Virus record (IMG/VR): IMGVR_UViG_3300012920_000031
Location: 4,061-68,060 of that record
Strand: one strand, 5' to 3'
DNA length: 64,000 bases
Origin: a virus
In this document: piece by piece, positions 1 to 9,255 of the stretch
Position numbering within the stretch: the stretch's first letter is position 1
Layout: each line of letters begins with the position of its first letter
The notes under the pieces: generated by a model
What the model saw: only the letters and a program-made list of their open reading frames with translations
Database searches by the model: none
What the model was told of the DNA's origin: nothing
Translations under genes and position numbers: made by a program

Positions 1-626
1 GCTACAACATAATACATGCGGCCGCCGAACTCTGGCTCATCAAAGAGAGCGTCAACCAAGTTGGTGTAACTTCCTTCAACCTTTGTCTTTGGGCTGAGTA
101 GCTTCAAGCTCACAGGGACTGTGGGGGTACCTTCCTTAAGCTGAGTGAACGCGACAAGGTCTTGAATTGGTAGATTGCCCTTTTCTGTTCTTTCTGCTTC
201 CTGTCTACCTTGAAGAAGGGCTGATAACCAGCCTTCAAATACAAAGCCCGCAGAAGCCTCATTGAAATCTGAAATGATGGTTGCTAAGGCTTCCAGCATT
301 ATTAGGGATGCAATTACTCTTCGAGGTGAGGTAATTCTATTGTTCTCATCTGTGATTCTTTGAAGATACGCTAACTTTCCTTCTACGGAAGCGCCTCCGC
401 CAACAACTGAAAAGATTCTACTGATAGTTTTTCTACTAGTTGACTGTGGATTGCCCCATGCTTCTGTTGGGGTAAACTTTGGAAGTGAAAGCAGGAACTT
501 TTCAGCCTCTTTCTTCCTAGCCTTGTCTGACATTTCTGTTAAGACCTTGCCACCATTGGCCCAGTCCTGAAAAACCTCTTCAAAAAGGGAAAATAGATCA
601 TTTTTGTTTGATATAGTGTTTGACAT
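1..626 (-). CDS. Hypothetical protein, 3'-truncated by the window edge (not in ORF track); possible PD-(D/E)xK-like fold
   Basis: ATG at 626 with GGAGGAG SD at 634-640. Open frame MSNTISNKNDLFSLFEEVF...GFVFEGWLSALL...PIQDLVAF...PVSLKLL runs to position 1. Confidence 0.75.
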   Translation of the reverse strand, partial: MSNTISNKNDLFSLFEEVFQDWANGGKVLTEMSDKARKKEAEKFLLSLPKFTPTEAWGNPQSTSRKTISRIFSVVGGGASVEGKLAYLQRITDENNRITSPRRVIASLIMLEALATIISDFNEASAGFVFEGWLSALLQGRQEAERTEKGNLPIQDLVAFTQLKEGTPTVPVSLKLLSPKTKVEGSYTNLVDALFDEPEFGGRMYYVV

Positions 627-646
627 GATAGAACTCCTCCCAATAA

Positions 647-1330
647 TTAGATAATTTCGTCCGCAATACCCATTTTAATTGCCTCCTCAGCCGAGATGTA
701 AACATCCTTCTGAGTCTTTAGGAGCTTCTTTATCTTTGAGGGAGTCAATTTTGTATAACTGGCAAGAGTTTCAATATATCTTTCTTGCACCCACTTGATC
801 TCTTCTAGTTCATTTTCAATTGAAAAAATAGTTCCGTGAGATCCTGCCATAACATTGTGTAACATGATGCGACAGTTGCGACCCACCTTGCGCTTACCCT
901 TTGTTCCAGCAGCAAGTATAGGGACACCGGCAGACATTACCTTTCCAATACCAAATGTTTCAATATCGCAGGTCCTTTCCTTTACCATATCCATTACATC
1001 AAGAATAGAAAACATATCAGATGCAGTGCCACCATGTGTCGACACCATCATAGCTATTGAGCGCGCCACAATAACCTGTTCAGATTCTAAATCTTGCGGG
1101 TCCTTGTTAGTGACCGTATGTGATGTGTTCTCTAGATAAAGTAACGCTGCGACGACATCGGCTCCTTTGCGTTCAGAAATGTCTCCATACAAATTTATGG
1201 TTCTCAGCTCATTTTCATTTGCAGCGGGAGCTTGAATATTGTTAATAATTACAACTTGCTTATCATTGTCTTCAGTTGGGTCCTTTTTCTTTTTCTTCTT
1301 TTTCGGGGTTACCGAGATTCTGTTAGTCAT
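647..1330 (-). CDS. clpP: ClpP-like ATP-dependent Clp protease proteolytic subunit
   Basis: RTINLYGDI, STHGG, KVMSAG (catalytic Ser), RIMLH (His), KDVYISAEEAIKMGIADEI. Confidence 0.9.
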   Translation of the reverse strand: MTNRISVTPKKKKKKKDPTEDNDKQVVIINNIQAPAANENELRTINLYGDISERKGADVVAALLYLENTSHTVTNKDPQDLESEQVIVARSIAMMVSTHGGTASDMFSILDVMDMVKERTCDIETFGIGKVMSAGVPILAAGTKGKRKVGRNCRIMLHNVMAGSHGTIFSIENELEEIKWVQERYIETLASYTKLTPSKIKKLLKTQKDVYISAEEAIKMGIADEII

Positions 1331-1580
1331 TTTCTACCTCTTTCATTTCTATTAAATTAGTTATTTTATCAGAATTTATAAATATTGACCAGTCTAGTTC
1401 TGATTCGAACTTTTTTTCGAATACGTAAATGTCTTCATTTGTTCTTGGTACATATCCATAGGAAACACATTGCCACCCAGGTAATACCTCTTCAAGTTTA
1501 CGTTGTTCTTTATCTGTTTTTATTTGCAATCTTACTGTATTGTGATCAATTCTCCAGTGTTCACCTTTTACTTTGTCCAT
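1323..1580 (-). CDS. Hypothetical protein
   Basis: 85-aa ORF overlapping both neighbours in an operon. Confidence 0.6.
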   Translation of the reverse strand: MDKVKGEHWRIDHNTVRLQIKTDKEQRKLEEVLPGWQCVSYGYVPRTNEDIYVFEKKFESELDWSIFINSDKITNLIEMKEVEND

Positions 1581-1959
1581 TGTTTGTAAGCCCTCGCAGT
1601 TCTTTTATAAGAGCCTTGGCTTCAGGCCAGGATTTGTAGTTTATAAATTTTCTACCTGGCAGTGGCACTGACTTAGTGAATAGTAAAACATACAACTCCA
1701 TGAATGTAGAAACCTTCAGACTCTCTTTCTCTAAATATTCCTGAGCAACAAAATCGTCTACTGTTTTTGTTTCGTCTCGAACAAATTCTAGAGAAGCTTC
1801 GTGCACTAAGTTAATATTATCAAGGGCTTGCAAGATAACTGATGACATAAAGATATAAAATTTTCTTTCTTTTATTTTTCTATCGAAATAAAAGACTGCG
1901 TGTGTTAAACCAACGCCGGCAAAGAACATTATAATTGAGTATAATTGTATTTCATTCAT
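1561..1959 (-). CDS. Hypothetical protein with N-terminal transmembrane helix
   Basis: Hydrophobic stretch LYSIIMFFAGVGLTHAVFYF; directly downstream of a sigma70-like promoter. Confidence 0.65.
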   Translation of the reverse strand: MNEIQLYSIIMFFAGVGLTHAVFYFDRKIKERKFYIFMSSVILQALDNINLVHEASLEFVRDETKTVDDFVAQEYLEKESLKVSTFMELYVLLFTKSVPLPGRKFINYKSWPEAKALIKELRGLTNNGQSKR

Positions 1960-1965
1960 GCTATT

Positions 1966-1994
1966 ATAGTAGCACCTTTCTTACTCTGAGTCAA
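1966..1994 (-). promoter_or_regulatory. Sigma70-like promoter (probably leaderless transcript)
   Basis: TTGACT-17 nt-TACTAT with TG extended -10; ATG of the next gene starts 7 nt after the -10 box. Confidence 0.7.
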
Positions 1995-1995
1995 G

Positions 1996-2029
1996 TAAAA
2001 AGCCCCAATCACCTGAAGGTGTGGGGCTT
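1996..2029 (-). terminator. Rho-independent terminator
   Basis: AAGCCCCACACCTTCAGGTGATTGGGGCTTTTT hairpin plus U tract. Confidence 0.75.
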
Positions 2030-2056
2030 AGATAAGTGATAACGTATTATTTTATC

Positions 2057-2632
2057 TTACTTTCTGTTCTTGAGCTTTTCAGCTACAAGTCTTTTGGTAA
2101 CTCTCTTGAGCACCTCATTTACGAGGTCTTCTTCCTCTCCCTCCATCATTCCCATGGGGTCTCTTCCTGCAGGAGCTTCTTCTTCAGCTCCTGGCTCCAT
2201 ACCGCCCATATCGTCCATAGCGGCCATGTCATCTTCTGCGGCGCCATCGGTATCTTCCGCGGCGCCCATAGCCGAGGATAGTCTTTCGCCCAGATCAATC
2301 AACAACTGGGCCTCTTCTTCAGTGAGGCTCATGTCTGCTGCACCCATTTCTGGCTCTGCCGCGTCCGCTGGCTCCTCAGCATCCATTTCCATATCCATTT
2401 CCATGTCATCTTCGCCGGCGGGTGCACCAGCACCAAGCTCATCTTCTTCTTGCTCTTCAACTACGTCATCATCAGACTCAAATGCCTCATCTTTTCGGTC
2501 TTCTTCATCAGCTTGAGCAGGGCTCTTACCGTAACCCATCTCATTCACGAAGTTGTCGCTAAACGCATCTGTGTTTGCGAGCTTCATAAAGCGTCTAATT
2601 GTGTTTTCTGCTAATAGTTTGTTATCACTCAT
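2057..2632 (-). CDS. Highly acidic low-complexity protein, putative prohead core/internal protein
   Basis: Start reassigned to ATG 2632 (AAGGAG SD). N-terminal LLAENTIRRFMKLA motif, E/D/M/A-rich middle; late-type motif upstream. Confidence 0.6.
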   Translation of the reverse strand: MSDNKLLAENTIRRFMKLANTDAFSDNFVNEMGYGKSPAQADEEDRKDEAFESDDDVVEEQEEDELGAGAPAGEDDMEMDMEMDAEEPADAAEPEMGAADMSLTEEEAQLLIDLGERLSSAMGAAEDTDGAAEDDMAAMDDMGGMEPGAEEEAPAGRDPMGMMEGEEEDLVNEVLKRVTKRLVAEKLKNRK

Positions 2633-2693
2633 TGTGTAATTCTCCTTTTGAAAGTAGTGATTAGTGTAATAATACAACTATAATTAGTCTTTT

Positions 2694-2924
2694 TTATGAA
2701 GAAAGGTCAAATTTTATTCTCTTTGAAAGTTTCTTTAATGCTTCTTTCTCAATTTGAGACACCCTCACCAAAGAAATACCTAATCTCTTAGCCACTTGCT
2801 CTAATGTCATTGGGCCATTTTTGCGTATAGCTTCATAAATGCAGTTATCATCTTCTGGATAATCTATCCAACACCTGTCATTCTCTTTGTTTTTACATTT
2901 TTTACATTTTTGTTCATCATTCAT
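2694..2924 (-). CDS. Small stand-alone sigma70 region-4 HTH protein with Cys-rich N-terminus
   Basis: MTLEQVAKRLGISLVRVSQIEKEALKKL matches sigma region 4.2; N-terminal CKKC..C..C. Confidence 0.75.
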   Translation of the reverse strand: MNDEQKCKKCKNKENDRCWIDYPEDDNCIYEAIRKNGPMTLEQVAKRLGISLVRVSQIEKEALKKLSKRIKFDLSS

Positions 2925-3252
2925 AGTCCTCTAAATCCATTTCAATTAAATCATATATATTCTGCTTGTCAGAGTCTGTAATACCTAAGGCTTTCATAAT
3001 GTCGTGACCATTTTGAATATCTTTGTTTGCTCTGTTGAGTTTTACTTTGCCCATAACTTGGGCGTGTTGTTTTACTTTGTAAATAACTTTCATCATATCT
3101 GGGTCATTCTCTAAATATAGTTTTGCCAACCCTGCAAACCAACTAACCTGAGTCAGATTGTCATTCCTTATTCTCAGCTTCAAGTCTGCAGAAGTCTTTT
3201 CAAACACAGAGAAGACAAACTTCACTACTTTATTGGGATGGTGCTCTTTCAT
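2917..3252 (-). CDS. Hypothetical protein
   Basis: 111-aa ORF, translationally coupled to neighbours. Confidence 0.6.
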   Translation of the reverse strand: MKEHHPNKVVKFVFSVFEKTSADLKLRIRNDNLTQVSWFAGLAKLYLENDPDMMKVIYKVKQHAQVMGKVKLNRANKDIQNGHDIMKALGITDSDKQNIYDLIEMDLEDYE

Positions 3253-4286
3253 CTTGATAAGATATGTGTGCTGCTTTCATTCATTCCAGCTGGCGTTTGT
3301 CTTATAATTTTGGCTTTTTGTCTAAAATCTTTTAGAGTTCTAGCTCCAGAGTATGATAATCCAGATCTAATATTTTGATGCAAGTCCAGTAATATATTGC
3401 TGACACTACCCTTGTATGGTACTGTAGTGGCAACCCCTTCTAGTGAACTAGTCTTGCCTCTCCATGCAACCTGTGCCTCTCGGGATGCCATGCCTCTGTA
3501 CGCTTTATACTTCTGACCTTGTGCATTCTGAAACACTTGTCCTGGTGACTCTTTAGTTCCTGCTAAAAGCGAGCCTAACATTACAAAGTCTGCGCCGGCG
3601 GCGAAACACTTAACTATGTCTCCCGCGTTTTTTATTCCACCATCTGCGACCATCACGGCCGTATCAGATACCTGGTTACAATCATATACTGAATGAAAAG
3701 TAGGCACGCCATGTGCGGTTTGAATGCGAGTACTGCAAATACTGCCACCGCCGACTCCAACCCTGATAACATCTGAACCCCAATCTTGCAAATCGACAAA
3801 AGCCTCAGCCGTTGCCACGTTTCCTGCCATAATACTAACTCTGTTAGCAAATTTATCCTTTAAAGTTTTGATTGCCCTTTCAACATTTGTATGATGACCA
3901 TGAGCAACGTCGATACATAATAAGAAAGCACCATTTTTTATAAGAGCATCCGCCCTTTCTATAAAGTCATCAGTAACACCAATCGCAGCTGCGGCTGTGT
4001 TTGGTGGTACCTGTCTCAAAAGATCCACTTGTTCTTTTATAGAATTATACCTGTGAATTATTCCAAAACCTCCATGGTTTGTCATAGTGGTTGCCATCGT
4101 CGGTCCTGTTACTGTATCCATTGGCGATGAAATAATTGGTAGAGCAAACTTCCTATCATTTATTTCTGATGTGAGATCGACCTCTTTCCTAGATTTAATG
4201 TCTGATTTCTGAGGTACAATCAATACGTCGTCAAATGATAATGTCTTTTGCAATTTCTGCACCTGGACCTCCACTTTCTTCTTCAT
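3249..4286 (-). CDS. IMPDH/GMP reductase family enzyme lacking CBS domains, probably GMP reductase
   Basis: [51 protein letters not shown]. The IMPDH flap RY dyad is absent. Confidence 0.85.
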   Translation of the reverse strand: MKKKVEVQVQKLQKTLSFDDVLIVPQKSDIKSRKEVDLTSEINDRKFALPIISSPMDTVTGPTMATTMTNHGGFGIIHRYNSIKEQVDLLRQVPPNTAAAAIGVTDDFIERADALIKNGAFLLCIDVAHGHHTNVERAIKTLKDKFANRVSIMAGNVATAEAFVDLQDWGSDVIRVGVGGGSICSTRIQTAHGVPTFHSVYDCNQVSDTAVMVADGGIKNAGDIVKCFAAGADFVMLGSLLAGTKESPGQVFQNAQGQKYKAYRGMASREAQVAWRGKTSSLEGVATTVPYKGSVSNILLDLHQNIRSGLSYSGARTLKDFRQKAKIIRQTPAGMNESSTHILSR

Positions 4287-4500
4287 TGTAACAGTTCGTA
4301 CATATTAAGTCAATTTTTTCTGAGTATTTATCAATATGCCAGTTGTCTATATTCTCACCTTGCTCTGGGTGTCTGTCACACACGGAGCAAACAACTTGTT
4401 TTTTAAACTTAGCCATAGACTTCTTGAAATCTTTCATAAATTGCTTTTTTGCAGTAACCAATTGCTTTCTCTTGAGCCTTCTAATAAAACTGCCCATCAC
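4231..4500 (-). CDS. Hypothetical basic protein with two CxxC motifs (Zn ribbon)
   Basis: CSVC...CTNC. Confidence 0.6.
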   Translation of the reverse strand: MMGSFIRRLKRKQLVTAKKQFMKDFKKSMAKFKKQVVCSVCDRHPEQGENIDNWHIDKYSEKIDLICTNCYNEEESGGPGAEIAKDIII

Positions 4501-4976
4501 TTATCTCCAGTTGAACCGAGGGCCCCGTCGCCTCTGGCTGTGTCTGAATCGTAAATCTTGTCTTCAAAGATAACTCTAAGTCTTGGTTTTTCTATCTTTA
4601 CAAAAACTCCTTGTGCTATTTTTTGGCCAGGCTCAATATATTGAGCAGTCTCTCCAATATTGTGCAGGTTTACAAAAATTTCTCCACAATAACCTTCGTC
4701 AACAACACAAGCACCTGCAATCAGCTTCTTTTTACTTGCTATTCCAGATTTATTCATGACTTGTAGCATGCACCCAGAAGGTACTTCCATTTTAATACCA
4801 GTCTCTAATAATACGCTCTGGCCAGGGTCTATTCTTTTTGCAACCATGGATGTTGCAGGGCAAAAATAAAAATCCATTCCGGCGTCTGTAGAGTGAGCGC
4901 GCGTTGGTAACTTTGCTAGAGGATGAGTCATAAAAACTCTTACTTCGTTATATTCATCTACGTACGCCATGGTCAT
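4497..4976 (-). CDS. dut: dUTPase (trimeric)
   Basis: AGMDF, KSG, VVDEGYCGEI, KIAQG, RGDGALGSTG (motifs 1-5). Confidence 0.93.
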   Translation of the reverse strand: MTMAYVDEYNEVRVFMTHPLAKLPTRAHSTDAGMDFYFCPATSMVAKRIDPGQSVLLETGIKMEVPSGCMLQVMNKSGIASKKKLIAGACVVDEGYCGEIFVNLHNIGETAQYIEPGQKIAQGVFVKIEKPRLRVIFEDKIYDSDTARGDGALGSTGDK

Positions 4977-5620
4977 GACACCTCACATAGCTTTAGATCT
5001 TTTTCCTCCAGAAGAGTATATGTAAAGCTGTTGCCCCATTTATCCCTTGCATCTGAACAAATTTCCATAAACTCTGAAAAATCTACGCTGCTTTGAAAAA
5101 CTTGACAACCTGCGGAAACTCCTCCTGTGTTGATTCTAGCGTCAGAGCCACGGTGTTTGTGGATATTAATACCATACCACCCTATGTCTTCAGGGCCGTG
5201 ATAATCCGGCTTTGAATTTCTATTGTTGTCTCTCCAGACGCTAACCTGACCACCTCTTTGGCATAACGCCATGTGACCCCTGTCTCTACTTCCATGCCAG
5301 CTAATCTTGTAGGTGTTTCTATATTGCCCAGGTACCAAAATTGCGGTACCTTTGTGCCTAACCTCTTTAATTGGCCTCTTCAAAATAGATGTACCCGGCT
5401 CTGTGGTTACTGGATAGGAGTCACAAACCCAAGCTCCATCGACCTTATATAGGACATTTATAAAGTCATCGAATTTTGAAGCATCTCCAGAATCATTCCT
5501 GACTCCGATAATATTTAGGTTGTAGTCTCCATTTTCGAAGAATGCAAACCCCTTGCCCTCTAGTGCTTTCTTGTATTGATCTGCCAAGACTTTTGCAGAT
5601 AATCCTGTTAATTTAGCCAT
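4973..5620 (-). CDS. L,D-transpeptidase (YkuD)-like cysteine enzyme, putative cell-wall hydrolase/endolysin
   Basis: GINIH-x14-SAGCQV motif resembles the YkuD HxnSxGC catalytic motif. Confidence 0.6.
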   Translation of the reverse strand: MAKLTGLSAKVLADQYKKALEGKGFAFFENGDYNLNIIGVRNDSGDASKFDDFINVLYKVDGAWVCDSYPVTTEPGTSILKRPIKEVRHKGTAILVPGQYRNTYKISWHGSRDRGHMALCQRGGQVSVWRDNNRNSKPDYHGPEDIGWYGINIHKHRGSDARINTGGVSAGCQVFQSSVDFSEFMEICSDARDKWGNSFTYTLLEEKDLKLCEVS

Positions 5621-5633
5621 ATTGTCTTCTCCT

Positions 5634-8600
5634 TTATGCTAATAGCTTAAACATCTTTCTCATACTAAAAGTGGAAAAACCCCACTGCTGATTATAATTC
5701 AATCTCGCCATGTATGGTCGATTGATGTGAACCACATCTTTATCGGGGTCGACACCCCAACATCTAATTACTGTTGTTTCATTGTTATCATCAATAACTT
5801 TTACAACATAAAAGTTTTTACCATTTTTGGACTTCTTCAATTTACACTCTCTCGGTATAAACCATGTAACACCAAGCGATGGATCAAACTCTGAAATTGG
5901 TGGTATATAAAGTTCATCTAGTTTCTGCCTGACTCTTGGTGTAACCACAGCGTTTATAGGAAACACCCCTGTCAGATTGACGAGCTTTTCTAGTTTTTCT
6001 TCTTCGGACCAATCTCCCAGAGACGCAAATTTTTCAATGTTTTCTTCTAAGTTCTTTTGTTTTCTAGGTCTGTCTTTACAGACAGCTTGCCAAAAATGAT
6101 AAAGGCCAGTAAATCTATCATCAACTAAATCATTTAGTGCCTGAGCTTCACAAAGGGCTATGAGTGACTTTTTGTTTAGTTTCGAATAGATAATCTTTTC
6201 ATGAAATAAAAAATCTTCGATCTTGTTGAATGGTCGATGTTCAATTATCTGTTCAATCGCTTTTTCACCCAGGCCCTTGATTGACGTGAGCGGTTGAATT
6301 AGTGTGTTTCCGTCTTCTGTAATTTCCCAAACTGATCCAGAGGTATTTACATTTAGTGCACGAACATTGAACCCAAGTGACTTTGCAGTTGCAATGGCTC
6401 TTTCCTTTCTACTCTCTGGCTCTTTATCCAAGAATGCGGCTAGCCACTCGGCCGGATAGTAGTTAAGAAGATAAGCACATTGATAGGATAATACACAGTA
6501 GGATACAGCATGTGACTTGTTAAAGCCATAGCCTGAAAAGTATTCAAAAGTTTCCCAAAGTTCTCTTGCTTCATAATCTCTCATTCCTTTCTCGACGCAA
6601 CCCCTGCGGAATTTGTCGAAGATCTTGTCTTTCTCAGCGGAAGCGGCACCAGTGCCCTTCTTAGTAAGTAGTTTTCTGAGCTTGTTGCCTTCATCCAATG
6701 TCAGATCTTTACCCAACTTGTGAGCCAACATAGCGATCTGTTCTTGAAAAATAAGGAAACCGTAAGTTTCTTGCGTCACTTCTCGCACAGTCTTGTTGAT
6801 GTATTCGATATCTTCCGGATTCTCCTTTGCCCCAATGTACTTCTTGTCCACATTTGCAGACAGTGGGCCTGGACGGTAGATAGAAGTAATCGCAGCCAAG
6901 TCAATGATGTTGTCAGGTTTGGCGTTCTTGCAAAACGATTGTGCTCCGGTTTCCGTGAATTGGAAGATGCCGGCCCACTTGCCTTTGTGGAAAATGTTTT
7001 GCCAGACATCCTTGTCTTCTAGATCAATGACCTCTGGGTGCAAGTTCTTGTCGTAGTAATCTTTGATGTCTGCGAATGTTGGATTAGTCATTCCATGATG
7101 ACGTCGAAGGATGCGTTCAATGGCACCTTCAAGCATTCGTAGTGAAGCAAGACCCAGAATATCAAACTTGATAAAACCCATCGGCTCAAGATGGCGCACG
7201 TTCTGACCCTCAGACCATGGTGTTTGCCTAACTCCTCCTGAGTTGATTAGGGGCATCCACTTATCCAGGTTTTCACCCACAACAACACCACCTGCATGTC
7301 GAGAGGCAGAACGTGTCTGTCCATACAGTTTTTCAATGTGAGTCTTGATATGCGGATACTTTGCTAAGAACTTTTGCAGAGACTCTGAGAACTCCATCAA
7401 CTCCTCGAATGTTGGTGCATACACACCAGCAGTAATACCGTGTTTCTTCTTTGCTAGTGGTGTTGCTTCATATACCATTTTACTGGTCACGTTGTTCACC
7501 TCAGTGAACTCAATACCATAGAACTTTGAAATATCTTTGATAAGAGATCGAAGTTGCAGTGTATTCCAGTTAGTGATCGGGACAACAGAATCATCACCCC
7601 AAAGTTCAATAAGAATCTCCTTGAGGACCATAGGGTCGGACACATCATAATCAATATCTGGGTAACCCGAGCCACCCTTAGTCAAGAATCTTTCGAACTG
7701 AAGTCCGTATTTGATAGGGTCGACCTGTGTAATGTTTAGGACATACGCAACGAGGGAACCAGCAGCAGAGCCGCGGCCGGCTCCGACAAGTTGTCTATCG
7801 ACGGCAACGTCAGCAATAGCTTTCATTGTTAGAAAGTATTTCGAAAAACCCCTGTCCTCGATAACTCCAACCTCATACTTGAGGCGATCCACATACTCTT
7901 GGTTGTTGCCGAGACCGAGTGACCGGAGACCCTCAACGCAGAGGGCAGCCAAGGTCTGACCAGCAGTTGATCCCTCTGGGACAACAAAGTTGGGTAAACG
8001 GACTTCGTTGTCTGGCAAGAAACTTTCAATCCTCTCATGTGCAATCTGGTGTGTCCTCTTGATCGATTCGAGTACCAAGTTATCATCATACTTTGCTCCA
8101 CATAATTCTGAATACTTCTTGTATGATTCGAACATCTGGTCACCATTCTTTGGATAAAGCTCGTAACCGATTTCCTCGACTGATACGGGAAGCTCGTCAG
8201 ATAAATAGTCTGGTTTACCTTTACCTAGCCAACCTAAACGCTTGTAAAGCTCACGATCTTTCCACACGTCTGCATTATAATAGTGTGAATCTGCAGTAGA
8301 GATAAGGTCAATACCAAATTCTTGATGCATCTGAATGATGTAGCGATTGAGTTCATGTTGCTCTGGGACATTGTTCCACTGAAGCTCCCCGTACCATCGG
8401 TCTCCGAAAATGTCCTGCATCTTCTGTGTAGTTTGGCGCATTGCCCCGAGAATGGCATCAGGACCAATGTCTCGGTTCTCCCAGTAGTTGCCAGCATAGA
8501 CGCCGCCGAGACAAGCCGAAGCAGCAATGACACCTTCATTATGTTTCTTGAGGAGAGCATAGTCAACACGAGGATAACGATAGAAGTTATCTCCACTGTA

Positions 8601-9071
8601 GGAACGTGAGATCATCTTGAATATGTTCTGCAAACCAGTCTGGTTCATAGCCAGCAAGATAAGGTGACGGCGGCGGTTGAGGACAGACTTGATCTTCTTC
8701 TTGGAGGCGCCCTCGTCTTCAACCGTAGTGCCAGAGTTGTCTGCCTCGTAGTCGGATTTCTTTTTTGAAGCATTCTTGATCTCTTCGTACTCTTCCTTCC
8801 ACTTCGCAACGGACGGAATAAAGTACGCCTCACAGCCAAAGATAGGCTTAAACTCTTTGCCGGCCTTCTTCATCTTCTTAGCGTGCAGCACTTGCCATGC
8901 CAAACCATTCATGTTGCCGTGATCAGTGAGTGCCAGGGCATCCATACCATTCTCGTAAGCAAAATCCATATGCTCTGGTGGATATCCAAGTGCATCAAAC
9001 GGAGACCCCGCAACTGAATGTGCGTGCAACCCCACAAATGGGATAGAGCTTTCTTTCCTAGAGTTCATCAA
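5634..9071 (-). CDS. dnaE: DNA polymerase III alpha subunit (family C)
   Basis: PHP (LHAHS, TDHG, DSH), GRGSAAGSLV, PDIDYD, KFDILGL, YGFNKSHA, C-terminal OB-like region. Confidence 0.96.
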   Translation of the reverse strand: MMNSRKESSIPFVGLHAHSVAGSPFDALGYPPEHMDFAYENGMDALALTDHGNMNGLAWQVLHAKKMKKAGKEFKPIFGCEAYFIPSVAKWKEEYEEIKNASKKKSDYEADNSGTTVEDEGASKKKIKSVLNRRRHLILLAMNQTGLQNIFKMISRSYSGDNFYRYPRVDYALLKKHNEGVIAASACLGGVYAGNYWENRDIGPDAILGAMRQTTQKMQDIFGDRWYGELQWNNVPEQHELNRYIIQMHQEFGIDLISTADSHYYNADVWKDRELYKRLGWLGKGKPDYLSDELPVSVEEIGYELYPKNGDQMFESYKKYSELCGAKYDDNLVLESIKRTHQIAHERIESFLPDNEVRLPNFVVPEGSTAGQTLAALCVEGLRSLGLGNNQEYVDRLKYEVGVIEDRGFSKYFLTMKAIADVAVDRQLVGAGRGSAAGSLVAYVLNITQVDPIKYGLQFERFLTKGGSGYPDIDYDVSDPMVLKEILIELWGDDSVVPITNWNTLQLRSLIKDISKFYGIEFTEVNNVTSKMVYEATPLAKKKHGITAGVYAPTFEELMEFSESLQKFLAKYPHIKTHIEKLYGQTRSASRHAGGVVVGENLDKWMPLINSGGVRQTPWSEGQNVRHLEPMGFIKFDILGLASLRMLEGAIERILRRHHGMTNPTFADIKDYYDKNLHPEVIDLEDKDVWQNIFHKGKWAGIFQFTETGAQSFCKNAKPDNIIDLAAITSIYRPGPLSANVDKKYIGAKENPEDIEYINKTVREVTQETYGFLIFQEQIAMLAHKLGKDLTLDEGNKLRKLLTKKGTGAASAEKDKIFDKFRRGCVEKGMRDYEARELWETFEYFSGYGFNKSHAVSYCVLSYQCAYLLNYYPAEWLAAFLDKEPESRKERAIATAKSLGFNVRALNVNTSGSVWEITEDGNTLIQPLTSIKGLGEKAIEQIIEHRPFNKIEDFLFHEKIIYSKLNKKSLIALCEAQALNDLVDDRFTGLYHFWQAVCKDRPRKQKNLEENIEKFASLGDWSEEEKLEKLVNLTGVFPINAVVTPRVRQKLDELYIPPISEFDPSLGVTWFIPRECKLKKSKNGKNFYVVKVIDDNNETTVIRCWGVDPDKDVVHINRPYMARLNYNQQWGFSTFSMRKMFKLLA

Positions 9072-9255
9072 CTAAACCTTTCATTTCTTCTAGAGTTTCC
9101 ATAAGGGCTGCTTTTACCGCTTCCCTATCAATATCGAACATCTCCATTATAAACCTTTTCTGGTCGGATGTCAAGTTTATAAAGTTATCTGGTAAGCCAG
9201 CGTGTGCTTTTATCAAAGCTGGCATCATATTATAAGTATCTTCAATTTTATTCAT
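9058..9255 (-). CDS. Hypothetical protein
   Basis: 65-aa ORF overlapping both neighbours. Confidence 0.55.
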   Translation of the reverse strand: MNKIEDTYNMMPALIKAHAGLPDNFINLTSDQKRFIMEMFDIDREAVKAALMETLEEMKGLVDEL

